From positions 67,346 through 131,345 of the forward strand of contig SFCQ01000014.1 in the NCBI GenBank assembly GCA_004558525.1: a stretch of DNA of 64,000 nucleotides, written 5' to 3'. The stretch is from Clostridiales bacterium (GTDB taxonomy: Bacteria > Bacillota > Clostridia > Christensenellales > CAG-138). Shown one piece after another: positions 17,610 to 27,212 of the stretch. Made by a program: the position numbers and the translations under genes. The notes beneath the pieces are model-generated. The model saw only the letters and a program-made list of their open reading frames with translations. It did not search any database and was not told where the DNA came from. Each line of letters starts with the position of its first letter. Position 1 is the stretch's first letter.

Positions 17610-19274
17610 CTATGCCATTAGCGGAATAACGCCGTCTATCCACTCTTCCTCTGCCCCAAGGCCAAAGGATATGCGCATTACCTCCGTTATATCCTCGGCC
17701 GTGAGAATGGTAGCTTCAAGCGCGCTGAAGCTGCTTTCCCAGTTTGCCTTTGGTATTATTAGCGTCTCGGCTCCCGCCTCTATTCCGGCTAAAAGCTTCT
17801 CCCTTACGCCGCCAACCGGCCGCACCTCTCCCCTTGGCGTTATCTCTCCGGTCATAGCCAATGCCGATACCGGCGCTTTGCCGGTTATCGCGCTCATAAG
17901 CGCCACGCACAGCGCTATGCCCGCGCTTGGGCCGTCCATGGGAACGCCGCCAGGTACGCTGAAGCTGACGTCATAATCGCTCATATCCAGCCCAAACCTG
18001 TTTATGAATGAAAGTGCCGCATTTTGCGCCGAGGCAAGCGCAGTACCTTTTCTTCTCAGTTTCCTTCCGCGCAGCTCTATCTCTTCCTCTTCCACCATGC
18101 CAAGCAGCCTAAGCCTGCCTGTACCCTTGGCTACCCGCCTTGCTGTACACTCTATCTCTATGCTTACGCCTGATCCGCTGCCGGTCACCGCCAATCCGGC
18201 GCATACGCCAACGGCGCCTTCCTTTCTTATGGTGCTGTATGTGCGCCTTGCGTGATGGCATGTGCGCGCCACCCAAAGTATGTCCTCCTTTGTTATGACT
18301 CCCCTTGCTTCCTCCGCGGCCGCCCCCGCTGCAAGCTGTATCATATTAACCGCGTCCCTGCCGCCGGCGCTGTATTGAGCACATTCGCTTATAGCCTCCG
18401 CGCCTATATCAAAGCCTATCCTCTTTGCCGCGTCAAAAGCTATCCTCTCAAGCTCGGCCTGGCCAAGCGGGCTAAAAAACAGCTCCACACAGCGGGACCT
18501 AAGCGCGGCGGGCATATCCTCGGGGCTTCTTGTGGTCGCGCCTATAAGCCTGAAATCAGCCGGAAGGCCGTTTTCGAATATATCGTGTATATGCGGCGGT
18601 ATCGCCTTGTTGTCCGGAGAATAGTATGCGCTGTCAAAGAATACGCGCCTGTCCTCAAGCACCTTTAGCAGCTTGTTCATCTGAACGGGGTGAAGCTCGC
18701 CTATTTCGTCAAGGAAGAGTACGCCGCAGTGCGCGCGGGTTACGGCTCCAGGCTTGGGCTGGGGTATCCCCTGCGCGCCCATCGGCCCCGCGCCCTGATA
18801 TATTGGGTCATGCACGGAGCCTATCAGAGGGTCCGCTATGCTGCGCTCGTCAAAGCGCACGCATGTTGCATCCATCTCTATAAACCTGGATTCCGGCCCA
18901 AACGGGGAATCGGCCCTCTTTTTTGCCTCCTCAAGCACCAGCCTTGCCGCGCAGGTCTTGCCTATACCAGGAGGTCCATATATCAGCACATGCTGAGGAT
19001 TAGGCCCGCACATCGCCGCCCGCAGGGCCTTTATCCCCTCCTCCTGACCTATTATGTCCTCCATGCGCTTTGGCCTTGCCTTTTCGCTCAGCGGCATATT
19101 CAGCGCACGCGCACGCATGGCCCTGAGCTGCTTAAGCTCGGCGTTTTCTTCCTTCTCCCTTATGGCCGGACGCTTTTTGACCACACCCTCCGCCTTTGCC
19201 TTGCGCGACGATACGAACCACCACATCAACGCAAACAATCCCAACTGTACCGCTATGCCTATAACAATTTCCAT
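17610..19274 (-). CDS. lonB: membrane-anchored Lon-like protease LonB (sporulation-type)
   Basis: N-terminal TM helix, GPPGIGKT and MDGPSAGIA. Its position between clpX and lonA matches the Bacillus order. Confidence 0.88.
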   Translation of the reverse strand: MEIVIGIAVQLGLFALMWWFVSSRKAKAEGVVKKRPAIREKEENAELKQLRAMRARALNMPLSEKARPKRMEDIIGQEEGIKALRAAMCGPNPQHVLIYGPPGIGKTCAARLVLEEAKKRADSPFGPESRFIEMDATCVRFDERSIADPLIGSVHDPIYQGAGPMGAQGIPQPKPGAVTRAHCGVLFLDEIGELHPVQMNKLLKVLEDRRVFFDSAYYSPDNKAIPPHIHDIFENGLPADFRLIGATTRSPEDMPAALRSRCVELFFSPLGQAELERIAFDAAKRIGFDIGAEAISECAQYSAGGRDAVNMIQLAAGAAAEEARGVITKEDILWVARTCHHARRTYSTIRKEGAVGVCAGLAVTGSGSGVSIEIECTARRVAKGTGRLRLLGMVEEEEIELRGRKLRRKGTALASAQNAALSFINRFGLDMSDYDVSFSVPGGVPMDGPSAGIALCVALMSAITGKAPVSALAMTGEITPRGEVRPVGGVREKLLAGIEAGAETLIIPKANWESSFSALEATILTAEDITEVMRISFGLGAEEEWIDGVIPLMA

Positions 19275-19411
19275 ATGCTATCAACTTGCCTTTCGCCTTG
19301 AATGTCATTTGATAGTATGGCAAAAAAGCCTTATATTGATATGCGGCAAAGCATGGAAAAAGGCCAAGATTATCTCTCGGCCCTTTTAATCAAGTCATAT
19401 CAGGTATTCCG

Positions 19412-20665
19412 TTATACGGCGGCATTGCCCTCCGGCAATGCGGCATCTGTGCTGAGTATAGGCCCGGACGTACCGTCTATTACCTCTTTTGTTATAGTAC
19501 AGCGCTTTATTTCCGGCTTTGAGGGCACGTCATACATTATGTCGAGCATGGCGTTTTCAAGTATGGCCCTCAATCCCCTTGCGCCTGTCTTGCGCTCTAT
19601 GGCAAGCCTTGCAACTTCCTTAAGAGCAGCTTCATCAAACTCAAGATCTACGCCGTCCATCTCAAAAAGCTTTTTGTATTGCCTTGCAAGCGCATTTTTG
19701 GGTTTTGTCAATATGTCCATAAGCGCGGCTTCGTCAAGCTGCTCAAGCGTAACGATTATCGGTACGCGGCCTATGAATTCCGGTATCAAACCATATTTGA
19801 GCAAATCCTCAGGCAAAATCCTTTTAAGTATCTCGCCCACATCCTTCTCTTTCTGGCTCTCAACCTCTGCACCGAAGCCCATGAGCTTTTTGCCCGTGCG
19901 CCTGGATATTATATCCTCTATACCGGCAAACGCGCCGCCGCAGATAAACAATATCTTAGCCGTGTTTATCTGTATAAACTCCTGATGCGGATGCTTCCTG
20001 CCGCCCTGCGGGGGTACGCTCGCCACGGTGCCTTCGATTATCTTCAAAAGCGCCTGCTGCACGCCTTCGCCGCTGACGTCTCTGGTTATCGAGGGATTCT
20101 CGCTCTTTCTTGCGATCTTATCTATTTCGTCTATATAGACTATTCCCTTTTCCGCCCTTTCAACATCGTAGTCGGCAGCCTGTATAAGCTTCAAAAGTAT
20201 GTTTTCAACATCTTCGCCAACATAGCCGGCCTCAGTAAGGCTCGTAGCGTCCGCCACGGCAAAAGGCACCTGCAGCACACGCGCAAGCGTTTCCGCAAGC
20301 AGCGTCTTTCCGCAGCCGGTAGGCCCAAGCATGACTATGTTGCTCTTTTGCAGCTCTACATCATCCTTATCGTCGCCCGCATTTATGCGCTTGTAGTGAT
20401 TGTACACCGCAACCGCCAGCGCGCGCTTGGCGTCGGACTGACCAACAACGTATTGATCGAGGACGTCAACTATATCCTTGGGTTTCGGAAGATCCTTAAG
20501 CTCCTCCGGCTCGGCCTTATAATCGTCATCGATTATATCCTTGCACAGCTCAATGCAGTCCGAGCAGATGTAAACGCCGGGTCCGGCTATTATGCGATGC
20601 ACCTCGTCCTGCGATTTGCCGCAGAATGAGCATTTCACCGTTCCCTTGTCGTCAGTTTTTGCCAT
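19412..20665 (-). CDS. clpX: ATP-dependent Clp protease ATP-binding subunit ClpX
   Basis: Zinc ribbon CSFCGK...CSDC, Walker A GPTGCGKT and the IGF-type loop region. Confidence 0.97.
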   Translation of the reverse strand: MAKTDDKGTVKCSFCGKSQDEVHRIIAGPGVYICSDCIELCKDIIDDDYKAEPEELKDLPKPKDIVDVLDQYVVGQSDAKRALAVAVYNHYKRINAGDDKDDVELQKSNIVMLGPTGCGKTLLAETLARVLQVPFAVADATSLTEAGYVGEDVENILLKLIQAADYDVERAEKGIVYIDEIDKIARKSENPSITRDVSGEGVQQALLKIIEGTVASVPPQGGRKHPHQEFIQINTAKILFICGGAFAGIEDIISRRTGKKLMGFGAEVESQKEKDVGEILKRILPEDLLKYGLIPEFIGRVPIIVTLEQLDEAALMDILTKPKNALARQYKKLFEMDGVDLEFDEAALKEVARLAIERKTGARGLRAILENAMLDIMYDVPSKPEIKRCTITKEVIDGTSGPILSTDAALPEGNAAV

Positions 20666-20669
20666 TTGG

Positions 20670-21254
20670 TTACCTCCTGGGAGGAATGATCTCGTCTATC
20701 AGGCCATACTTAAGCGCTTCCTCGGCGGTCATGTAGTGGTCGCGCTCCGTATCCAGAGCTATCTGCTCCACGCTTTGACCTGTGCGCTCGGCAAGTATCC
20801 TGTTCATCTTCTCCCTTGTTTTGATAAGCTGTTCAGCATGTATTGCAACTTCTGTAGCCTGCCCCCTGGCGCCGCCCAGCGGCTGATGGATAAGTATTTC
20901 GCCATTCGGCAGCGCACGGCGCTTGCCCTTAGCGCCTGCGGCGAGCAGAAACGCGCCCATGCTGGCGGCCATGCCTATGCATATGGTGGATACGTCGCAG
21001 CGAATGTACTGCATAGTATCATATATCGCCATTCCGGCAGTTATGCTTCCGCCGGGGCTATTTATATACAGGCTTATATCCTTATCCGGGTCGTCGCCTT
21101 CAAGGAAAAGCATCTGCGCTACGATAAGGTTAGCCTCATCGTCCGTAACTTCTCCGCCAAGGAAAATTATCCTGTCCTTTAGCAGCCTGGAGTAAATGTC
21201 ATACGACCTTTCCCCCTTGTTTGTCTGCTCTATAACCATCGGTATAAGGCTCAT
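20670..21254 (-). CDS. clpP: ATP-dependent Clp protease proteolytic subunit ClpP
   Basis: [32 protein letters not shown] and [12 protein letters not shown] set the start at 21254 (AAAGGAGG 7 nt upstream). The ORF track starts at 21278. Confidence 0.95.
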   Translation of the reverse strand: MSLIPMVIEQTNKGERSYDIYSRLLKDRIIFLGGEVTDDEANLIVAQMLFLEGDDPDKDISLYINSPGGSITAGMAIYDTMQYIRCDVSTICIGMAASMGAFLLAAGAKGKRRALPNGEILIHQPLGGARGQATEVAIHAEQLIKTREKMNRILAERTGQSVEQIALDTERDHYMTAEEALKYGLIDEIIPPRR

Positions 21255-21296
21255 AGTAGGCCTCCTTTTTCTCCGCAAAAAGCGGTTAATTGCGGT

Positions 21297-22577
21297 TTAT
21301 TTTTCTATTGCGCTGTCAACGAGCATGTTTATGGTCTTGTCAAGCAATACCTGGTCTTCAAAGTACGCCTTATCGTCCTCGTTCAACTTGGCCTTGAACT
21401 CCTCGGCCTTGTCGTCAAACTGCGCGCAATATTCGTCAATCTTCTTATCGACCTCGTCATTTTCGGCCTTTATGCCTTCTGCCTTCATTATGGCGTCAAG
21501 CACGAGCTGCGTCTTAACGCGGCGCTCAGCCTCGTTCTTCATCTCAGCCTTCATTACCTCGGTCTTGGTGCCGGTGTACTTGCAGTAGTCCTCAAGCGAT
21601 ATGCCCTGCATGCTCAGGCGGTAACGTATATCGTTGAGCATACGGTCTGCCTGACGGTCTATCATAACGTCGGGGATATCGACTGTGGCGTTGGCAACAG
21701 CCTTCTCTATAACGTCGTTCTCCTTCTTTGCCTTGGCTTCGTTCATGGCCTTCTTTTCAAGTTCTTCCTTCTTATGGTCGCGAAGCTCGGCTATGGTGTT
21801 GAACTCGGAAACGTCCTTTGCAAACTCATCGTCAGCCTCGGGCAGCTCCTTGACGCGTACAGCATGTACCTTAACATGGAAAACAGCGTCCTTGCCCTTA
21901 AGCTCATCGCTATGGTACTCATCGGGGAATTTTACGTTAAGGTCCTTCTCCTCGCCAACGTTCATGCCTATCATCTGCTCTTCGAATCCGGGTATGAACA
22001 TACCGGAGCCTATCACCAGCGTCTGATGCTCGGCAGTGCCGCCTTCAAACTTCACCCCGTTAACGGTGCCGGAATAGTCAAGCTCTACCTCGTCGCCATT
22101 TTCAACGGGGCGCTCAACGTCTATCATGCGAGCAACGTTCTCACGCTCACGCTCGATCTCGGCATTGACCATTTCGTCTGTAACATTATACTCTTGCTTT
22201 TCAACTTCTATACCCTTGTACTGGCCCAAAGAGACCTCAGGCATAACGGTAACGACAGCTTCAAACGCAACATCTTCTCCTTTCTCGGCGCTGAGTATGG
22301 TTATATCAGGCCTGTCCACAGGCTTTACGTCATGCTCCTTGACAGCCGCCTCGTACACCGCCGGATATGCTTCGTCAAAAGCATCATCGACAAAAACGTA
22401 CCATCCGTAAGCCTTCTCAATAACTCCCTTGGGAGCATGTCCCTTGCGGAAGCCGGGAACCGTGATGGTCTTGCGCAGCTTAAGATACGCCTTGTCAACA
22501 GCCTTGTCAAAATCCTCGGCACTGATGGTCATGCCCAGCTTTACCTTGTTGCTCTCAAGCTTTTCAAAACTTGCCAT
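21297..22577 (-). CDS. tig: trigger factor
   Basis: 426 aa. PGFRKGHAPK, a central FKBP-type PPIase region and an acidic C-terminal domain. It lies upstream of clpP-clpX. Confidence 0.95.
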   Translation of the reverse strand: MASFEKLESNKVKLGMTISAEDFDKAVDKAYLKLRKTITVPGFRKGHAPKGVIEKAYGWYVFVDDAFDEAYPAVYEAAVKEHDVKPVDRPDITILSAEKGEDVAFEAVVTVMPEVSLGQYKGIEVEKQEYNVTDEMVNAEIERERENVARMIDVERPVENGDEVELDYSGTVNGVKFEGGTAEHQTLVIGSGMFIPGFEEQMIGMNVGEEKDLNVKFPDEYHSDELKGKDAVFHVKVHAVRVKELPEADDEFAKDVSEFNTIAELRDHKKEELEKKAMNEAKAKKENDVIEKAVANATVDIPDVMIDRQADRMLNDIRYRLSMQGISLEDYCKYTGTKTEVMKAEMKNEAERRVKTQLVLDAIMKAEGIKAENDEVDKKIDEYCAQFDDKAEEFKAKLNEDDKAYFEDQVLLDKTINMLVDSAIEK

Positions 22578-22717
22578 AATATCCTCCGAACAATAAATTA
22601 TCGTATCACACCGGCGGACATACCGCCGTCAGTATAGCTTATCATAAGGCGATTTCTTTTGCAAACATAGTTTGCCTTAAATTGCGCCTTTTTTCATTCT
22701 TTTAACAGTTTTCGCGA

Positions 22718-22746
22718 TTGACTTTTATAACATACGGTATTATAAT
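22718..22746 (+). promoter_or_regulatory. consensus-like sigma-A promoter upstream of the SGNH hydrolase gene
   Basis: TTGACT, 17 nt spacer, TATAAT. Confidence 0.5.
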
Positions 22747-22827
22747 CTAATTAACCTAATGTTTTGTATTAGATATTGACGTTTTTATTAACAGAATATG
22801 TATAAATTGTGAAAGGAGCGAACAGTT

Positions 22828-23523
22828 ATGATGCAGGTACTTAGGGCAAAGATATATGGCGACTCTATAATGAAAGGCACCATACTTGACGATGGCTATC
22901 GCTACCACGCGATAATGAACGAATATCTGCTCAAGCTATATAAGCGTTTTGGCATAGAGGCTGAGAACCGTTCCCGCTTTGGCATAACCGTTGAGCGCGG
23001 GCATAGCATATTGAGGCGTGATATAGACGAGGGGCTCGACTGCGAGCTTGCGCTCATAGAGTTTGGCGGAAACGACAGCAATTTCCATTGGGACAAGATA
23101 AGCCTTGAGCCGGACAGGGAGCATTTGCCCTTTACATCAATGCAGGATTTTAAGCACACCATGGCCGCCATGACCGAGGAGTTGAGAGCTGAGGGCGTAC
23201 AGCCGGTAATGATGACGCTGCCGCCGATAGAGCCGAACCGCTACCTTGACTTCATTTCAAGAAACGGCAACAACAAGGCAAACATACTGCATTGGCTTGG
23301 CTATGCGAACAGGATATTTGAAGTACACAAATCCTATTCTGATGCCATAGAAGAAATCGCCAAGGAGCGCATGGTACCCTTGGTCGATGTGCGCAGCGCA
23401 TTCCCTGCCGGCGAAGCCTTGGGCAAATATGTGTGCATAGACGGCATACACCCGACCGAAAAGGGCTATGCGCTTATAGGCGATGCGTTTTCTGGTTTTC
23501 TTAAAGCCGCTTTGCCGGCGTAA
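22828..23523 (+). CDS. SGNH/GDSL-family hydrolase
   Basis: Block I YGDSIM, block III GGND and block V DGIHPTEKG. Confidence 0.8.
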   Translation: MMQVLRAKIYGDSIMKGTILDDGYRYHAIMNEYLLKLYKRFGIEAENRSRFGITVERGHSILRRDIDEGLDCELALIEFGGNDSNFHWDKISLEPDREHLPFTSMQDFKHTMAAMTEELRAEGVQPVMMTLPPIEPNRYLDFISRNGNNKANILHWLGYANRIFEVHKSYSDAIEEIAKERMVPLVDVRSAFPAGEALGKYVCIDGIHPTEKGYALIGDAFSGFLKAALPA

Positions 23524-23542
23524 GGTTTCCATATTCTTATAT

Positions 23543-23569
23543 AAGGAGCGGGGCTGCGCCCGCTCCTTT
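23543..23569 (+). terminator. intrinsic terminator of the SGNH hydrolase gene
   Basis: aaggagcggg-gctgcg-cccgctcctt followed by t. The same 24 nt recur at 23770-23793, on the other side of repeat copy 4. Confidence 0.6.
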
Positions 23570-23769
23570 GCCTGTCGATAAGCTTTGGGGTTGTTAAGGG
23601 GCGCCTGCCCCTTAAGCTAATTCCAGCTCTGACGGCATGTGCGTCAGAACGGATGAAAACCTTTTGGTTTTCGTACTTTGCGGGTTTTGCCGCCCGGGAG
23701 CGTGAGCGAGAGGCAAAACCCGTAAAAGCTCGAAAAAGTGGCGACCAGCCACTTTTTCGACACTCTCAT
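23570..23769 (-). repeat. structured intergenic repeat, copy 4 (full length)
   Basis: On the plus strand it runs from gcctgtcgataagc... to ...ctttttcgacactctcat. All five hairpin modules are present. Confidence 0.92.
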
Positions 23770-24016
23770 GAGCGGGGCTGCGCCCGCTCCTTTCACACTA
23801 TAACATGCGCAGAAATGCAGTTTAAGAAGCTCATCTTCGCAGGCGCCGTAGGAAGCCTTGTCCACAGGTTCAGCGTTGGCAATACACCTGCGCAAGAAGC
23901 ACCGTTATTCCAGACATGATACTGAAAATAGCCAAAAGCAACTGACAGCTGATGTACTAAAAGGCCCTGCGCCATGCTTTTTTGCATAGCACAGGGCTTT
24001 AAGCTTTTGCGCTTGC

Positions 24017-24586
24017 TTATTCAGAATAATCCGGCATAACGCCTATGCTTTCATCGTACTCTATCGTGAAGTCAAGGCCCGTTACCCTCATATCCGTCGG
24101 CACCTGAGAATACAATACGTTTTCGCCAGGCTTAAGTATAAGCATATACTGCCCGTCCTGCGTTTGGAAGCGGCACTTGGCCACCGTCTCACCCGTTTCG
24201 TCAACAAAGCTCATGTTTAGGGCGCATGCAAGCGCCTTGGGATAGCTGTTCACGGCACGCATGTCAACAAAGGTATCGTCGGCCTGCTCATACACCTGTA
24301 TGTTTTCAAAGCTAATATATCTTTGGTAATGCTCGCTGCCGGTTATGTACGCGCCAAGCTCGTCATAAACGTCTATCACCACCGGTTCCTCAGTAGGCAC
24401 AGGCTCCGGCATCGGCTCAGGCGTAAGCTCCGCTGTAGGTTCCGGCGTCAGCGTGGGCGTAGGCTCCGGCGGTATGGTTTTATCCGGCAGCACTTCGGCA
24501 CGGAATGTGACGCATGCGCACATAAACGCCCCCAGCAGCAGCGCCAGCACGGGCAATATCAGCTTTTTACTCAGCCTTTTCAACAT
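24017..24586 (-). CDS. secreted or membrane-anchored hypothetical protein with a Pro/Thr/Glu-rich linker
   Basis: N-terminal signal/anchor MLKRLSKKLILPVLALLLGAFMCAC, then the linker PEPTPTLTPEPTAELTPEPMPEPVPTEEP. It overlaps the pncB 3' end by 20 nt, consistent with one operon. Confidence 0.6.
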   Translation of the reverse strand: MLKRLSKKLILPVLALLLGAFMCACVTFRAEVLPDKTIPPEPTPTLTPEPTAELTPEPMPEPVPTEEPVVIDVYDELGAYITGSEHYQRYISFENIQVYEQADDTFVDMRAVNSYPKALACALNMSFVDETGETVAKCRFQTQDGQYMLILKPGENVLYSQVPTDMRVTGLDFTIEYDESIGVMPDYSE

Positions 24587-26027
24587 TGCGAAGTCCCTCT
24601 ATCAGCTCATGCTTAAGGGCATAAAGCTCATCACTGAGGTCCACCTTGTATACATGCGGGTTCATCAGGCGCTTGCTCTCCTCCCAAAATGTTGCAAGCT
24701 CGGCCTTGGCGTATTTCTGTATGTCCCCCATGTTCGGGCATTCATATACCTGCTTGCCGTCTATAAACAAAGGCGTCAGCAGCTCCCTTACGTTGTAATC
24801 GTAAAGCGTTTTTGATTTGTACCTCTGTTCCGGGTGATAAACGGTCAGCGGCTTTGAAAAATCGAACTTCTCGCCTTCAAGCGCTATAAGGTCAGCAAGC
24901 GCCATGCCCGTCGTATTGCTGTAAAAGCGATATACCTTTTTATAGCCGGGGTTCGTCATCTTTGCAACGTTTTCGCTCAGCTTTATCTTTGGCACTATCC
25001 TGCCGTCAACTATTTCCGCCGCAAGCTTGTACACGCCGCCAAGCGCCGGAAAGTCCATTGACGTAATAAGCTTTGTGCCTACTCCCCAAAGGTCTATCTT
25101 TGCGCCCTGCGCCTTAAGGTCGCGTATAACGCTTTCATCAAGGTCGCCGGAGGCGCATATCTTAGCCTCCGGATAGCCGGCATCGTCAAGCATTATCCTT
25201 GCCCTTTTTGAAAGATACGCAAGGTCGCCCGAATCGAGCCTTATGCCAATGGGCTTATGTCCCTTTGCCCTAAGCTCGTTGAACACCTTTATGGCGTTGG
25301 GCACGCCGCTTCTTAATGTATCATAGGTATCTACAAGCAGCATGCAGCTATCCGGAAAGATGTCAGCATACGCCCTGAAAGCTTCTATCTCGCTGGGGAA
25401 GCTCATCACCCAGCTGTGCGCATGCGTTCCGGATACGGGAACACCGCACATCTGGCCGGTAAGCACATTGCTCGTGCCCGTGCAGCCGCCTATCATGGCA
25501 GCCCTTGCGCCGTATATGCCCGCGTCCGGCCCCTGCGCACGCCTCAGGCCGAACTCCATAACGCCGTCCCCCTGAGCGGCATACACAACGCGCGCCGCCT
25601 TTGTGGCAATAAGCGTCTGATGATTGACAAGGTTCAATATGGCCGTTTCAACAAGCTGAGCCTGCATTATAGGCGCCTTTACGCGTATAAGCGGCTCATA
25701 CGGGAACACCACCGTGCCTTCCGTCATGGCGTATATCTCGCCCGTAAAGCGCATATCCGCAAGCAGCTTCAAAAAGCCTTCGTCAAACAGATTGAGCGAG
25801 CGAAGATAGTCTATATCCTCCTTGGCAAAATGCAGGCCGTTTATGTAGTCCACGACCGATTCTGTACCGGCCATTATGGCATAGGCGCTGTTGTCCCGCT
25901 GCCTAAAGAACATATCGAATACGGCCTCGTTTTTGTCCATGCCGCACCTGTAGTAGCCATACATCATGGTAAGCTGGTACAGATCCGTCATCATGGTCAG
26001 ATTACGCTGGGAATTGATCTCGTTCAT
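24567..26027 (-). CDS. pncB: nicotinate phosphoribosyltransferase
   Basis: 486 aa. MMTDLYQLTMMYGYY and the GTSNV / HSWVM context typical of NAPRTase. Confidence 0.92.
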   Translation of the reverse strand: MNEINSQRNLTMMTDLYQLTMMYGYYRCGMDKNEAVFDMFFRQRDNSAYAIMAGTESVVDYINGLHFAKEDIDYLRSLNLFDEGFLKLLADMRFTGEIYAMTEGTVVFPYEPLIRVKAPIMQAQLVETAILNLVNHQTLIATKAARVVYAAQGDGVMEFGLRRAQGPDAGIYGARAAMIGGCTGTSNVLTGQMCGVPVSGTHAHSWVMSFPSEIEAFRAYADIFPDSCMLLVDTYDTLRSGVPNAIKVFNELRAKGHKPIGIRLDSGDLAYLSKRARIMLDDAGYPEAKICASGDLDESVIRDLKAQGAKIDLWGVGTKLITSMDFPALGGVYKLAAEIVDGRIVPKIKLSENVAKMTNPGYKKVYRFYSNTTGMALADLIALEGEKFDFSKPLTVYHPEQRYKSKTLYDYNVRELLTPLFIDGKQVYECPNMGDIQKYAKAELATFWEESKRLMNPHVYKVDLSDELYALKHELIEGLRNVEKAE

Positions 26028-27131
26028 TTATTCGTTATCCTTGTCTTTTTCGTCCGCACTCCCTTTGTCTTCGCCATCGGCTTCGGCTTCATTTTCATTC
26101 TTCACCTCTGCCCCGGCCCCGCCTTCAGCTTCGTCCGCCTCCTTGTTATCATTATCTTCGTTATTCTCGCATTCGCTGCAACCACTCTCTTCGCAGCTTG
26201 AGCAGGCGTTTTCCGCTCCGCTTATGCCGGCTTCAACAGCCAGTTCGGGCGCCGGCCACATCAGCCTGCCCTCCTTTTTCTCCTTTACCGCGCGAATTAT
26301 GAAAAACGCCATAACGGCTATAAACAGTATCCCGCTCAGCGCCTGCGATACCCTTACCCCGTCCGTAAGCCCGTCGGCCGAGGGCTTGATTATCCAAAGG
26401 CTGTCTCCCCTCAAGCCTTCAACGAACATTCTTTCAAACGAGTAAAGCACAGCATAAAGGAAGAACGTATCGCCATCATGCTTCATGCGTTTTCTTGTGA
26501 GCCAAAGCACTATGAATATGAGCAGGCACCATGCCGATTCGTAGAAAAACGTTGCAAGGTGCAGATGCGCGCCGTTAGCGGCCGTTGCGCAGGCTGTGCA
26601 AAGCACCTTATCAAAATAATGAGCGCCCTCTATCGGTACGCTTATCGGGAAATACCCAAGTATCGGATGCGCGGCGAGCATTTCCGGCGTTACAGGCAGG
26701 CCATACGCTTCCTGATTAAAGAAGTTTCCCCAGCGGCCTATCGACTGCGCCAGCACAAGCCCGGGGGCAACTATATCCGCCAGAGTAAGAAACCTTATCT
26801 TCCTTACCTTTGCAAAAATGAACGCCGCAATAAGCCCGGCTATCACCGCGCCGTATATCGCAAGCCCGCCTTGCCATATGTAAAGCACGGATATAGGATC
26901 GTCCTTATATGCATCAAGCGCGAACAAAACGTAATAGAGCCTTGCGCCAACAACTCCCGCAGGAATTACGGCAAGGCACATGTCTATCACCGTGTCCTTT
27001 TTAAGCTTTTTTCTTCTTTCCTCGCTGTATGCGAGAAATACGGCAATTATCATGGCGACAGCCATAAGTACGCCGTACCAGTATATGTCTTTACCGAAAA
27101 GGGTAAATGCCACCCTGCTTGGCATGGTCAT
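26028..27131 (-). CDS. lgt: prolipoprotein diacylglyceryl transferase with an unusual acidic Cys-containing C-terminal tail
   Basis: FGKDIYWYGVLMA, the GRWGNFFNQEAYG signature and multiple TM helices. I set the start at 27131 (AGGAGG 9 nt upstream). The ORF track starts at 27206. Confidence 0.9.
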   Translation of the reverse strand: MTMPSRVAFTLFGKDIYWYGVLMAVAMIIAVFLAYSEERRKKLKKDTVIDMCLAVIPAGVVGARLYYVLFALDAYKDDPISVLYIWQGGLAIYGAVIAGLIAAFIFAKVRKIRFLTLADIVAPGLVLAQSIGRWGNFFNQEAYGLPVTPEMLAAHPILGYFPISVPIEGAHYFDKVLCTACATAANGAHLHLATFFYESAWCLLIFIVLWLTRKRMKHDGDTFFLYAVLYSFERMFVEGLRGDSLWIIKPSADGLTDGVRVSQALSGILFIAVMAFFIIRAVKEKKEGRLMWPAPELAVEAGISGAENACSSCEESGCSECENNEDNDNKEADEAEGGAGAEVKNENEAEADGEDKGSADEKDKDNE

Positions 27132-27212
27132 GCTGCAAATCCTCCTGATCACATTTAGAATAATCAAATATGTTAATCCGGCCCCGCGTCTGCCATTATA
27201 CACCAATATTAC

